A stretch of 64,000 bases of DNA from Candidatus Melainabacteria bacterium 17Bon1m (lineage in GTDB: Bacteria > Cyanobacteriota > Vampirovibrionia > Obscuribacterales > Obscuribacteraceae): the NCBI GenBank assembly GCA_032128875.1, contig JAVLKG010000001.1:448001-512000 (forward strand), given 5' to 3'. The number at the start of each line of letters is the position of its first letter. Within the stretch, counting starts at the first letter, position 1. Below the pieces are notes generated by a model. It saw only the letters and a program-made list of their open reading frames with translations, made no database searches and had not been told where the DNA came from. Both the position numbers and the translations under genes were made by a program. Positions 19,790 through 29,800 of the stretch are shown here, piece by piece.

Positions 19790-19873
19790 TCAGACTTCAG
19801 GTGTAATGGACTTCTCTGACTAGTCCTTAGGTATTATTCGAGCTTGTAAAAGCTGTCACTATTAGGAGTGACA
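19790..19873. promoter_or_regulatory. Stacked 7-2-7 boxes plus a separate palindrome
   Basis: TCAGACT-TC-AGGTGTA (19790-19805), TAGTCCT-TA-GGTATTA (19821-19836), TGTCACT-N6-AGTGACA (19854-19873). Confidence 0.6.
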
Positions 19874-20008
19874 AAATGCATTCATACACTCCGAATGCCC
19901 CATCTAGCTACCCTCTTCGCAGGTTACTAACAATAGCTTATGTGAATGATACGTAACTCTTGTGGGGAGAATATGCTCTTTATGTGGGCACTGATTGAGG
20001 CAACGGAA

Positions 20009-20530
20009 ATGTTTAACCTGTTTAAAAACTCTGATGAAGACACCGACGAGGTAATGCCGGAATTTCGCCTTTCCTCAATAACATCTCAGTTGCCTAGGCT
20101 TGTAAGAATGCGCATTGATAACGCAAAAGAGTGCGCTTGCGAACGCTGTGGCGATTTGCTCGACAATCTGCATATGAAGACGAAGCTGCTCGAACAACAC
20201 CATCAAGCCGAATTACCAGCATTGTCTTTCTGGACCCGCTTTCACAAAGATGGAGGGTCTCCACACTTTGAAATGCAACTCGACAACAAGTTAAAACTGA
20301 CAACTTCCGAACTTACGCGCCATGATGAATTCATCGACACGCTCTTGGAAGTTGAACACAATTGGCAGCGCTCGCAAAGGAGCACTTGCTCCAACGATGA
20401 TACCGATCGCTTCTGGATGAATCATTACCTTGAACTGAAAAATATGATTGCCGAGCAAAGAGAGCGCGACGAGGAATCGCTCGACGACCTTAGAGCTGCC
20501 GTATTGCAAAATCCAGAGTCTGAGAGTTGA
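20009..20530 (+). CDS. Hypothetical helical protein, possibly a degenerate hemerythrin/RIC(YtfE)-like domain
   Basis: GAGG SD; QLPRL...LEQHHQAE...RHDE spacing recalls RIC di-iron domains; CACERC insert. Confidence 0.5.
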   Translation: MFNLFKNSDEDTDEVMPEFRLSSITSQLPRLVRMRIDNAKECACERCGDLLDNLHMKTKLLEQHHQAELPALSFWTRFHKDGGSPHFEMQLDNKLKLTTSELTRHDEFIDTLLEVEHNWQRSQRSTCSNDDTDRFWMNHYLELKNMIAEQRERDEESLDDLRAAVLQNPESES

Positions 20531-20724
20531 ACATAAGGCTAAGTCTGGTGAAAGAGATAATTTTCAGCGTCTTTTCAAAACTCATACTTCGTGATGATGC
20601 CTGATTGAGCCTATGGCTCTAAACTATAAATGTAGAGAGAGAGAGACAAAGAGAAGGTGAGTCACGAATAAACTTCAAGGCAGACGACAACAGTATCACA
20701 GGCGGTGGCGCCAAGAATAGCTCT

Positions 20725-21528
20725 CTAAGAGCTGGACCAATTCGACGGACGCCATCGCTTGTCTTTTGTCAGACCAATTGAAGTCGTTTTCAATTTGGAT
20801 GCATCGTTTATCCGGCTCACTAAGCCGAGCTTCTGCATCGATCTGATCACCAGCCACGATACGTCAATCTCAAAAGGATGCATGCCGGTGCGTGCAGAAC
20901 CTGGAAATGTGTGATGGTTGTTGTGCCAACCTTCGCCCATGGCGAGTAAAGCAACCCACCAGACATTGACGCTGTCATCTTTGCTTTGGAAGTTTTTATA
21001 ACCAAGGTGCGGGATGTGACAAACAACGTTCAGCATCAGTGGTATTTGCAAAACTGCAAAGCCAGCAAGCAAGCTTGCTAATGCTGCCACCCATCCGAAG
21101 TATGCGAAGATAATCAGCCTAAAGCCAATGTTGATGGCATAGGACAACAAGTGAGAGTGTAGAAGATTGCCGTTAAGTTCGAGACAACGGTAAATAGGAT
21201 CACGAACGAGGTCTTTTGACTGTTTGTAGGGATCCATATGCGCTTCGTATGATTCACGCAGTATCCATCCAATGTGAGCCTTTCGCAATCCGTATCGCGG
21301 TGAATGAGGATCAAGCGGAGTGTCAACATAATGATGATGAGCGCGGTGAATAGTCGCCCACCAAATTGGTGAACCCTCAAAAGACAGATAGCCTAGAAAA
21401 ACCCAAAAATATTCAATGATTTTTGGACACGAAAATGATCGGTGTGAGAGCAGCCGGTGATAGCCAACTGTTACACCAAGACCGTGTAACAAGTAGCTGA
21501 TGGCGAACACGATTAGAAAATCGGTCAT
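20725..21528 (-). CDS. Delta-9 type membrane fatty-acid desaturase
   Basis: His boxes HRLLSH, HRAHH, GEGWHNNHH; DPHSP. Confidence 0.93.
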   Translation of the reverse strand: MTDFLIVFAISYLLHGLGVTVGYHRLLSHRSFSCPKIIEYFWVFLGYLSFEGSPIWWATIHRAHHHYVDTPLDPHSPRYGLRKAHIGWILRESYEAHMDPYKQSKDLVRDPIYRCLELNGNLLHSHLLSYAINIGFRLIIFAYFGWVAALASLLAGFAVLQIPLMLNVVCHIPHLGYKNFQSKDDSVNVWWVALLAMGEGWHNNHHTFPGSARTGMHPFEIDVSWLVIRSMQKLGLVSRINDASKLKTTSIGLTKDKRWRPSNWSSS

Positions 21529-21611
21529 GGGTGTTTCTCTTCAGGTCGCACGCTTACGAGCCGGGAAAAAAATCCCAGCGCTCTGCTCGTTGTAATGATA
21601 GTTCTTCAAAG

Positions 21612-21629
21612 TGTAGTCGCGCGACTACA
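21612..21629. promoter_or_regulatory. Perfect 18-bp palindrome upstream of the desaturase (candidate operator)
   Basis: TGTAGTCGCGCGACTACA. Confidence 0.6.
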
Positions 21630-21738
21630 AAGTGCAGTTATCCAACTATACCACAAGTCGCGCCCGTGTAGATCGTGCTCACACGGGTTGGAGGGTCATT
21701 GGTTTGAGCGATTGCGGGTTTTCAAGGAGGGTGAAAGG

Positions 21739-22104
21739 TTATCCTTCCTGTCCCTTCTTCAGCTTTCGACAATAGTCGAAAAGCTTCCGGACCGTCTCTT
21801 TATTAGACGCAACGCTTTGATAATAGGGCATGTGTCCAGGCGGATCTTCCAGGTACTTTTGAAACAATGCAATTGATCTGAGCATCTTGGAGCCGGCGAT
21901 TGGTTTTGTGGGATTGGCTGCATTGCCGCCGCCAACATGGCACGAACTGCAATACTGCTTGAACAAATCGCTGCCGGAGACTTCTTTGTTTTTCTCTTTG
22001 GAAAGTACCGGCGCAAAACTTGCGAATACAGCCAAGCAGATCATTGAAAACATGAGCGCTTCTTGCCAGTTTTTATTGTTTGTCTCCAGCTTAAACGTCA
22101 TCAT
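21739..22104 (-). CDS. Cytochrome c6-like exported class I cytochrome
   Basis: Signal peptide; GSDLFKQYCSSCHVGGGN...P.K; GHMPYY. Confidence 0.8.
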   Translation of the reverse strand: MMTFKLETNNKNWQEALMFSMICLAVFASFAPVLSKEKNKEVSGSDLFKQYCSSCHVGGGNAANPTKPIAGSKMLRSIALFQKYLEDPPGHMPYYQSVASNKETVRKLFDYCRKLKKGQEG

Positions 22105-22198
22105 CCAATTTCTCCCTGCAGGCATTCACATATCTGTTGCCCAAAATTGGCAATATGAAATCGCATCTTTCCTATTATGAGGCTTCATGCACGCTTAA

Positions 22199-22492
22199 CT
22201 AGCAGGTACCTGGAAAGTTGTCCTCTTCAATCTTTCGAGGTTCGGAAGTTTGCTCAACCTTCGGCAAAGACTCTTCTTCTTTCCATACCTTGGCCAATTC
22301 AGCCCAGGCACTCTCCAGACCGTCTTTCAATTCCTTGAAAGCAAATTGGCTATGACGCACTGCCATTTCTTCCTTTTTTACCAACTGAGTTTTTGCTTTT
22401 ACTGCTGCCTCAATTAGCTGATCAATTTTTGCTCCCACGTCCGCCAGCATTTGCTCGGCTGTTTCGTGCTTTTTTTCGTCTACTTTATTCAT
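22199..22492 (-). CDS. Small coiled-coil stress protein (Sll1863-like)
   Basis: GAKIDQL...FKELKDGLESAWAEL; similar to 33534-33866. Confidence 0.6.
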   Translation of the reverse strand: MNKVDEKKHETAEQMLADVGAKIDQLIEAAVKAKTQLVKKEEMAVRHSQFAFKELKDGLESAWAELAKVWKEEESLPKVEQTSEPRKIEEDNFPGTC

Positions 22493-22549
22493 GGTTGCTT
22501 CCCTCTTCAGTTCTTTCTGCAACATATATGAAATCGCTGGACTACGTTA

Positions 22550-22565
22550 TCGTCCAGACGGACTA
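22550..22565. promoter_or_regulatory. Putative 7-2-7 box in a divergent promoter
   Basis: TCGTCCA-GA-CGGACTA. Confidence 0.55.
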
Positions 22566-22679
22566 GCTTCTCTGGTTGCAGTTTTTTTGAGAGTGATACC
22601 TTTGATTGAAGCTTTGCAGTCGAATTGGTTTTAGATTGGGTGTGTACTGAAAGGGCACGGGGCAAAAGGATCGCAGAAT

Positions 22680-23036
22680 ATGAAACACTGGGGATTTGGT
22701 CGCAAAGGCGCCATAGAAATTACAATAGCAGTCGCTCTTGCTACTGCTGCATTCGCAATACCCTTTATAGTGGCTGCGTTCGGACCGGAGACTTTGTGGT
22801 TTATGACTCTTACCGGCCCGCCTGCGCTGACTGCTCTACTTTTGGGTATTTTTCTTTTCTTGCTGTACGCAGTCGGATTCTACCGATATGCTCATGATAA
22901 AGGCTATAGCGCCGCATTGAGTATCGTCCTCATAATGGCCGCTCTGCCTGGTTTGGTCGCTTTACTGTTGCTGCCTGATTTGACTCATCCTTTGGCTGAC
23001 GTTGTCTCCGACAGAAATAGAACATTCGCGCACTAG
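22680..23036 (+). CDS. Hypothetical 3-TM membrane protein
   Basis: Three hydrophobic helices; YAHDKGYS...LLLLPD; followed by a terminator. Confidence 0.7.
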   Translation: MKHWGFGRKGAIEITIAVALATAAFAIPFIVAAFGPETLWFMTLTGPPALTALLLGIFLFLLYAVGFYRYAHDKGYSAALSIVLIMAALPGLVALLLLPDLTHPLADVVSDRNRTFAH

Positions 23037-23059
23037 CACGTCAATAAATTCCTAAAACT

Positions 23060-23091
23060 GAGCACTACCGAATTAGCGGCGGTGCTCTTTT
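23060..23091 (+). terminator. Rho-independent terminator
   Basis: GAGCACTACCG...CGGCGGTGCTC followed by TTTT. Confidence 0.65.
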
Positions 23092-23150
23092 GTCATTGAT
23101 CCGATGAGCCTGAGATTACTAATCTGAGGTTTGGAAGTTTGACTATTGCA

Positions 23151-24587
23151 TTAGCGTCGCAAAGGAATTTCGATCCAAAATACCGACCCTTTGCCGGGCT
23201 CGCTTTCAACACCTATAAGTCCGCCGTGCGCCTCTACAATCAATTTTGCAATTGCAAGTCCTAAACCTGTCCCTCCCGCGGATTTGCCCTCGCTTGTTTG
23301 AAAAAACTTTTGAAATAATTTGGCGCTTGCTTGTTTGCTGATACCCGGGCCTGAATCGACTACTGCAATGCGCACGAATTTACTTTTGATGTCGCTGGTA
23401 ATCTCAATGGGTGACCCAGGAGTTGAAAATTTGATCGCGTTTGAGAGCAGATTTACAAGTACCTGTCTTACTCTAGATCTGTCTATAGGTAGTGAAATGT
23501 GCTCGCAACGATTTTCCAGTGCGATACCTTTTGCAAGAGCCAGATTTGACACTATTTCAATAGTCTCGCAAGCTAATGCATTGAGATCCGCTGATTCGAT
23601 ATTCAGGCTCAAGTTGCCCACGTCTAGACTTTCAAGCAGGAGCATGTCGTCTATTAGAGAAAGGCAAGTCGAAACGCTCGCATTCAGCCGTTGCAAATAC
23701 TTTCCTCCTTGGCTTTTCGACAACGCTTCTTCTTTGTCAAGTATGCTTGAGGCATTTGTGCAGCGGGTTAGCGACGTCTGCAGATGATGAGCAACAGCAG
23801 TCATATAGATTCGCCTGAACTCTTCTCCCTCGGATAGTTTTTTCTGAGCATCAGAGAGTTCGCTTTCTAATTGTGTTAGCTCGTCTTTGGATGATTCACT
23901 GTAGGAGATTCTTTCTTGAGTAGTCAACGCGTGTGCTTTGCGTGAAACTTCGGAGATTCGCTTAAATACAGCGTTTTTGAAAAACAGCGCGAGAGCCAGA
24001 GCAATCGCTAAATTGAGAATCAATCCTGTTAAGACAATGAATTTTGTTCTGGATAAATCTTCCTTTTGAGTATTGAGAGTTTGACCGAAATTTCGATCGC
24101 TTGCATCTAGCATTGATAAAACGCTGTGCGCGTCTTTCATAATGTCTAGAAATCTATCGGGCAGATTTATCGATACGATATCTGCCTGGCAAAGACCTGG
24201 CTTATCGACTAGAACCCGCAAGGTTTCTCGAACTTGCGACATTGAATTGCGTACCTTCTGAATCGTGGACTTGGTACTACTTCTTTCTTCTGTTCGTTGG
24301 TCAATCTGATTTAACGTGTCTATGAGCTCAAGGGACTCGCCCTCGACACGCTTTCTGATTGATTCATTGCCTGAGCTTTTTACAAAGTTGAATAAGGAAG
24401 TTGTGCATTTGTTGAAAAGTTCAACACTGCGGCTCATCAAGAAAATGATCTCTGCCCTTTTCTCGCTTTCATCAAGTAAAGCAGTCGATCTGTTCAGAGA
24501 ATCCCAATACATGCCAATCCAGATTACATTGACAGTGAGCGGAACGAAAATCATTAGCAGCCCTTTTTGAAAAATCGACAAAGACAT
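23151..24587 (-). CDS. Membrane sensor histidine kinase with intact ATPase domain and degenerate H-box
   Basis: 2 TM, HAMP-like segment, H-box AHHLQTSL, NLLSNAIKF, DSGPGI, LFQKF, GGTGLGL. Confidence 0.9.
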   Translation of the reverse strand: MSLSIFQKGLLMIFVPLTVNVIWIGMYWDSLNRSTALLDESEKRAEIIFLMSRSVELFNKCTTSLFNFVKSSGNESIRKRVEGESLELIDTLNQIDQRTEERSSTKSTIQKVRNSMSQVRETLRVLVDKPGLCQADIVSINLPDRFLDIMKDAHSVLSMLDASDRNFGQTLNTQKEDLSRTKFIVLTGLILNLAIALALALFFKNAVFKRISEVSRKAHALTTQERISYSESSKDELTQLESELSDAQKKLSEGEEFRRIYMTAVAHHLQTSLTRCTNASSILDKEEALSKSQGGKYLQRLNASVSTCLSLIDDMLLLESLDVGNLSLNIESADLNALACETIEIVSNLALAKGIALENRCEHISLPIDRSRVRQVLVNLLSNAIKFSTPGSPIEITSDIKSKFVRIAVVDSGPGISKQASAKLFQKFFQTSEGKSAGGTGLGLAIAKLIVEAHGGLIGVESEPGKGSVFWIEIPLRR

Positions 24588-26077
24588 CAGGCTCGTTTCT
24601 CCGCTAATGCTTCGGTACTTGTGGCTTGAGACAACGGCAACTCCAAAATAATTGAATTGCCATCGCCAAGGCGCTTGTAACTAATCGATCCGTGATGCCT
24701 CTGCAAAATTGGGACTGCTATAGCTAGACCTAGTGTGTGGACTTTGCAGCCGCCGGCTATTTGTGCTTGATGCAGTTTGTCGAAAAGTTTTGACGCTTCT
24801 TCGTCTCCTAGAGGCACTGCTTGGTCTGACACTTCCAGTTGATAACAATCATTCGACGCAGCTCCATTCACTATGATCCTGCTACCTTCTGGCGCCCTTG
24901 AAGCTGAAATGCGAAGTATTCTTTCCAGCACCCGAGAAATTTGCTCTCGGTCGATCTTTAGCGGCGCATCTTCGGTTCGGTTCACCACATGGAAACAACC
25001 AAGATATGATGCTTGCCCTAAAGTATGAGATACCAGATCTTCGCTATTGCAATCCTTCAAATCGAGCTTCACTTCACTATTTTCAAAGCTTTCCATAAGA
25101 AGCAGGTCATTAACTAAAGAGAGGCAATTTTGAAGAGCCTGACTGGCCTCTTCCAGGTTTTGTGATCCGCTTTCGCTTAGTGAGTCAGACATGAATTTGC
25201 TCAATGTTGCGAGTGATATATCGGCAGCCATGAGCGGGCTGCGAACATCGTGAGCCATCATTTGCATGAGCGAGCGACGATAATCCGCTATGTCCGCGAG
25301 TTTCCAACTGACTTTAGCCAATTCAACGCTGATTTCCCGCAACTCGTCGCTGCCTGTAATGACTTCATTTAAGGGTTCATTTAGGGTCAATTTTTTTGCC
25401 ATGTCGGATAAGGCATTTATTCTGCCCATCATGTTTTTGTGAAATTCTCGGTACAAAAACAGCGCTAGAAGGACGTTTGCAACGAGTCCGACCCAGATAA
25501 TCTGAGAGATTAGCGTTATTTCCCGTCTTTGGGACTGGAGCGACTGCAAATAGTTATCTCTGATTGCGGCTTGTTCGTCGTGTAAAAGACGGCTCTCTTT
25601 TCCGCCAATTTTTACCCATTCGTTAATGCGCCTCATCTTTATGAATATGTTGGCGAAGCTCATGCTTGGGTCTTCGGCCTTGATGAAGATTTCTTGTTGT
25701 CTTTTTAAGAGGCTTGATATCTCACGTTGAAAAGTCGCGTGGTTCTCGTCTCTAGGCATATTGTTTTCGACCTGAGCCAGGTCATCACGAACAATCGCCC
25801 AGCCTTGATTGATGAGCGGGCTGAAGAATCTATGCGACCCATTCATCATCGCATTACTTCCACCCAGAAGAATTTCCGTGACAGCATAAATAGCATGCGT
25901 GAGCTTGAGTACTACTGTCATTTGTTTCCGACTCGTTTCTATTTGAGATTCTGCCTGTGTTGCAGCTCTATTCAGAATCAAGAGGAGGAAGCAATTTATG
26001 AGCAGAGGCAGAAGCACCAGGGAGAGTCCTTGTAATAGGAGCCCTGATTTGAAACGTGGTGTCTTTAAGATAGGCAC
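24587..26077 (-). CDS. Membrane sensor histidine kinase homolog with intact H-box and degenerate ATPase domain
   Basis: 2 TM, HAMP, AHDVRSPL; N-box reads RVLERILRISASRA, G1 reads DQAVP, G2 reads HTLGL. Confidence 0.85.
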   Translation of the reverse strand: MPILKTPRFKSGLLLQGLSLVLLPLLINCFLLLILNRAATQAESQIETSRKQMTVVLKLTHAIYAVTEILLGGSNAMMNGSHRFFSPLINQGWAIVRDDLAQVENNMPRDENHATFQREISSLLKRQQEIFIKAEDPSMSFANIFIKMRRINEWVKIGGKESRLLHDEQAAIRDNYLQSLQSQRREITLISQIIWVGLVANVLLALFLYREFHKNMMGRINALSDMAKKLTLNEPLNEVITGSDELREISVELAKVSWKLADIADYRRSLMQMMAHDVRSPLMAADISLATLSKFMSDSLSESGSQNLEEASQALQNCLSLVNDLLLMESFENSEVKLDLKDCNSEDLVSHTLGQASYLGCFHVVNRTEDAPLKIDREQISRVLERILRISASRAPEGSRIIVNGAASNDCYQLEVSDQAVPLGDEEASKLFDKLHQAQIAGGCKVHTLGLAIAVPILQRHHGSISYKRLGDGNSIILELPLSQATSTEALAEKRA

Positions 26078-26219
26078 TCGAGTTCTCGCTTACTTGCCTG
26101 CAAGCAAGTGATGCATACTCATTTATTTTGTCAGGTTAAAGACGAAATTGGCAAATTCGATGCTTGGATTGGTTCATGCAGCCTGGGTTCAGAACCTGGC
26201 TAGATTTTGCGCTGTTCTC

Positions 26220-26235
26220 TCATCCTTGCGTACGA
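26220..26235. promoter_or_regulatory. Putative 7-2-7 box
   Basis: TCATCCT-TG-CGTACGA, between the kinase pair and the small membrane gene. Confidence 0.5.
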
Positions 26236-26306
26236 TATAGGCACTTGCATACCTTGTTATCATTCTTCTGCCTTGGAACTCCGAAATTCGCAAAGGCAGG
26301 TGTGTC

Positions 26307-26522
26307 ATGGAATTCATCGAGCTGAAAAAAGATATTTATCTGGCCCTCATAGTTTTGGGTCTTATTCTCCTTTTCATCGGAATACGAATGGCTCATAACG
26401 CATTCGGTGTCGATCTGGCCGGAACAATCCTTTTCTTGGTCGTTACCATTCAAGGAAGCGTTTGCTTCGGATTCGGTGCATTTACGTGGCTTCTAGAAGA
26501 AGACCCTGAGATTTGGAATTGA
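26307..26522 (+). CDS. Small 2-TM membrane protein
   Basis: AGGTG SD; two hydrophobic helices. Confidence 0.6.
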   Translation: MEFIELKKDIYLALIVLGLILLFIGIRMAHNAFGVDLAGTILFLVVTIQGSVCFGFGAFTWLLEEDPEIWN

Positions 26523-26819
26523 GATATTAGATTCGTAGCCGGATGTTCTTGCACTCGAGGTGACTGTTCATTTTGCTCGGATGGGTACACCCAAGATTAT
26601 TCGGTTTAATCATCCCAAAGAACGATACGCCTGCCTCTGAAAGCGCCGGAGATTAGCGTTTTTCAGTGCTTGTCAGTTGTTCCCGGAATTCGCTGTAAAT
26701 TAGTTTCACCCCTGCAAAACCTGCAACTGACCTCAATTATGGTAAACCTTTCACCATGCAGCGGTTTTGTGCAATCGCTCTGCGTGAAAGTCTTCGTCAT
26801 TACATGCTGGGGTAAAGTT

Positions 26820-29800
26820 ATGCGCTCTTTCGTTTTCGATAAGTGGTTGTCTCGTGGTAGCAAGCGGCGCAGGTCGAAAACAGATATTTCTATTGCACTC
26901 GGGCTGACTGTTGTTTCCCTAAGCATCGCCAGTTCGCAAGCTATGACCGGTAGTATTCCAACTGAATTTTGGAAGAAAACTGCTGCTCAATCGCTCGGTA
27001 GCTCGAATCGTTTTCTTACATTCATGAGCACAGATAAGCCACTCTACAAGAGTGGTGAGAGAGTCTTCGTTCGTGGCGTTATGCTTGACTCTTCAAGTCA
27101 CCAACCCAAAACAGGTTACGGCGGCAACGCATATATTCAAGTGCGGGGGCCGCGCGGGCAAGCCATTGCGAGCGGACAGGCTCAAATTCACGACAGCATT
27201 TGGTCTTATGCTTGGAACATCAGCCGCGATCAAGCCGGCGGTGAATATACGATTGTTGTCAGCTACCCATTTGGAGGGCACGCACCAGCGGAGCGCAAAG
27301 TGGACGTACGCTCATATCGCGCTCCACGGCTGAAGACGCAGCTGATTTTTGCACGCGATGGATACGGACCGGGTGATGTTGTCACTGCATCGCTATACGC
27401 GAAACGCGCCGAAGGCGGCATTCCTGCGAATGCAAAAGTGACGATTAAACCACTCGTAGACGGAGTTCCAATTGAGGCAGGCACAAGCAAAATTGACTCG
27501 AATGGCTTTTGTCGCATTTCATTTAGTCTGCCGCAACACATTGAGCGTGGTGACGGAACGCTTGCGCTTGTGATTGAAGACCAAGGTGTTGTTGAAACAA
27601 CATCCAAGACGATTCCAATTCTGTTGCAGAGCGTCGATTTGCAAATGTTTCCAGAGGGTGGTGACATTGTCGCTGGGTTTAAGAATCGTGTGTATGTGCA
27701 GGCGTTTTTGCCTAATGGCAAACCTGCCGATCTTCAGGCGCGTGTTATAGAAGAGCCGATTTCAGGCAAGAGGGTGGTCGCCAGTGTTTCGCATAAGCCC
27801 AATAAAAAGGGCGCAAAGAAAACGACTGTCGTCCACAATATCGTCAATTCTACGAATGCGCTTGCGTTCTTCCGCACAGAGCATGAAGGAATGGGCCGTT
27901 TTGAATTCACTCCTCAGGCAAACAAAAAATACTTTTTGCAAATTTCAAAACCGTCGGGAATTAAGAAGCTATACCCGCTACCCGCAGTGAAGTCAATCGG
28001 CGCGGTACTCCATTCAGAAAGTGATGTGGTCAAAAAGTTACAGCCGCTTCGCATCAAGGTTGGCAATAAATCTGCATGCCGAATTACCGTATCGAAGCAA
28101 GACAGAGAAATCGCATCGCGAATCATTAGTGCAACAGCCAGAGCAAACGGCACAAGTGGTGAGTTGGTGCCTATCGAGTTTCCTTTACCGCATGATGTTG
28201 ATGGTGTCTTGACTGTGACGGTATGGAATGAGTTCGACAAGCCTCTAGCTGAACGGTTGATTTTCCGTGAGCCCGAGAAGACTCTCAACATCACAGTGCG
28301 CGCAGATAAAAACACCTATGCGCCTGGCGAGAAAGCGCAAATTACTGTGCGCACTACAGATGAGAATGGCAGACCAATATCGGCGATGGTTGGAATGACC
28401 GTCACTGATGACAGTGTTCTGCAAATGATTGAAAAGAGAGACCAGCCACCACGTCTTCCTGTAATGGTTCTTCTCGAGCCTGAAGTGAAAGATCTGGCAG
28501 ATGCGCAGTTTTACCTCAATCCTGCTATTCCGAAATCCAGCCTAGCTACGGACCTTTTGTTAGGGACACAAGGATGGCGACGCTTCGCGTATCTAACTAC
28601 TGATGCGTTTATTCAGCAGTACGGAGATAAAGCTAGACGTGTTTTAGTAATGTCAGAGCAAAGAAACCAGGCACCGCAGCAGTTTCCCATCTCCAGTCCA
28701 CGTCGTAATCGCGCATCCTTTGGTTCTCCTCTTCGCACCAGTATCGGTGCCGGTACCGGCGCAGCCTTAGGAACTGCAATTGGTGCTATCTCTGGAGGGC
28801 GTACGAATGGCAGAGGAGCGTGGTCTGGTACCGCCATCGGTGCTGGAACTGGAGTGCCGTCTCAGCTGAAGCGGAAGTTCGATGCTGACAGTCAGCCGGG
28901 CGCACGTTTTAAATTTGCGCCCAACCAGTATGTGAATGAACCGCTCAGCCTTCCCGAAGAGGTGGGACGAGTTGAGGGTCCACGCGACGTAAATATGTTC
29001 CAGGTCGAACCCACAATTATTGATGAGCGACACTATTCTACTGGGCGTGCAGAGCGTCATCAGAAGACGAGTCCGACACTGCCTGAAGGTGCACCAATTC
29101 CGGACGAAGGGCAGACCGGGCAGCTTGCGCAATTGAGTAGTATGGATAGGTATTCTTTCTACACCCCACCGCGCAGTACGGACACAATCAATTCGATGTT
29201 TGCGGTGCGTGTCTTCTCACACCAAGCTCGACCGAACAGAAGCAGTACTGATCGCAAGGACTTCAGCGAGACTCTCTTTTGGTCCCCCGGAACCAAGACC
29301 GATGCGCGAACTGGCGAAGCAACAATCAGTTTTGATCTTAGCGATAGCATTTCCACGTTTGAAGTTGCGGCCGATGGATTTTCCAGTGGTGGCTTAATTG
29401 GTGCGAAGAAGCTTGAGATCAAATCTCTGAGACCTTTCTATGCGGAAGCGAAAATTCCGCTTGAGGTCACATCTGGCGACCAAATCATGTTGCCGCTCAA
29501 TTTGGTAAACGGTACTAATAGTGTTCTCACCGCAGTAGGTTTGAAAGTCGATCTACCTCAAGCGTTTAAATTGCTTGCTCCTCTCAAACTGCCGCAGCAG
29601 TTGAGTGGTGGCGAGAGAGCAAGAGTGTTACAGCCCATTCAAGTCGGGGCAGCAGACAAGGTATCGCATCTCAGAATTGAAGCAAAGGCCGGCAACAACG
29701 TCGACATTGTCGAAAGAGAAATCGAAGTTAGACCGGTAGGCTTCCCTGTAGAGAAGGCGTTTGCTGGAGTTTTAGAACCCGGCAAATCCGCCAAGATTAG

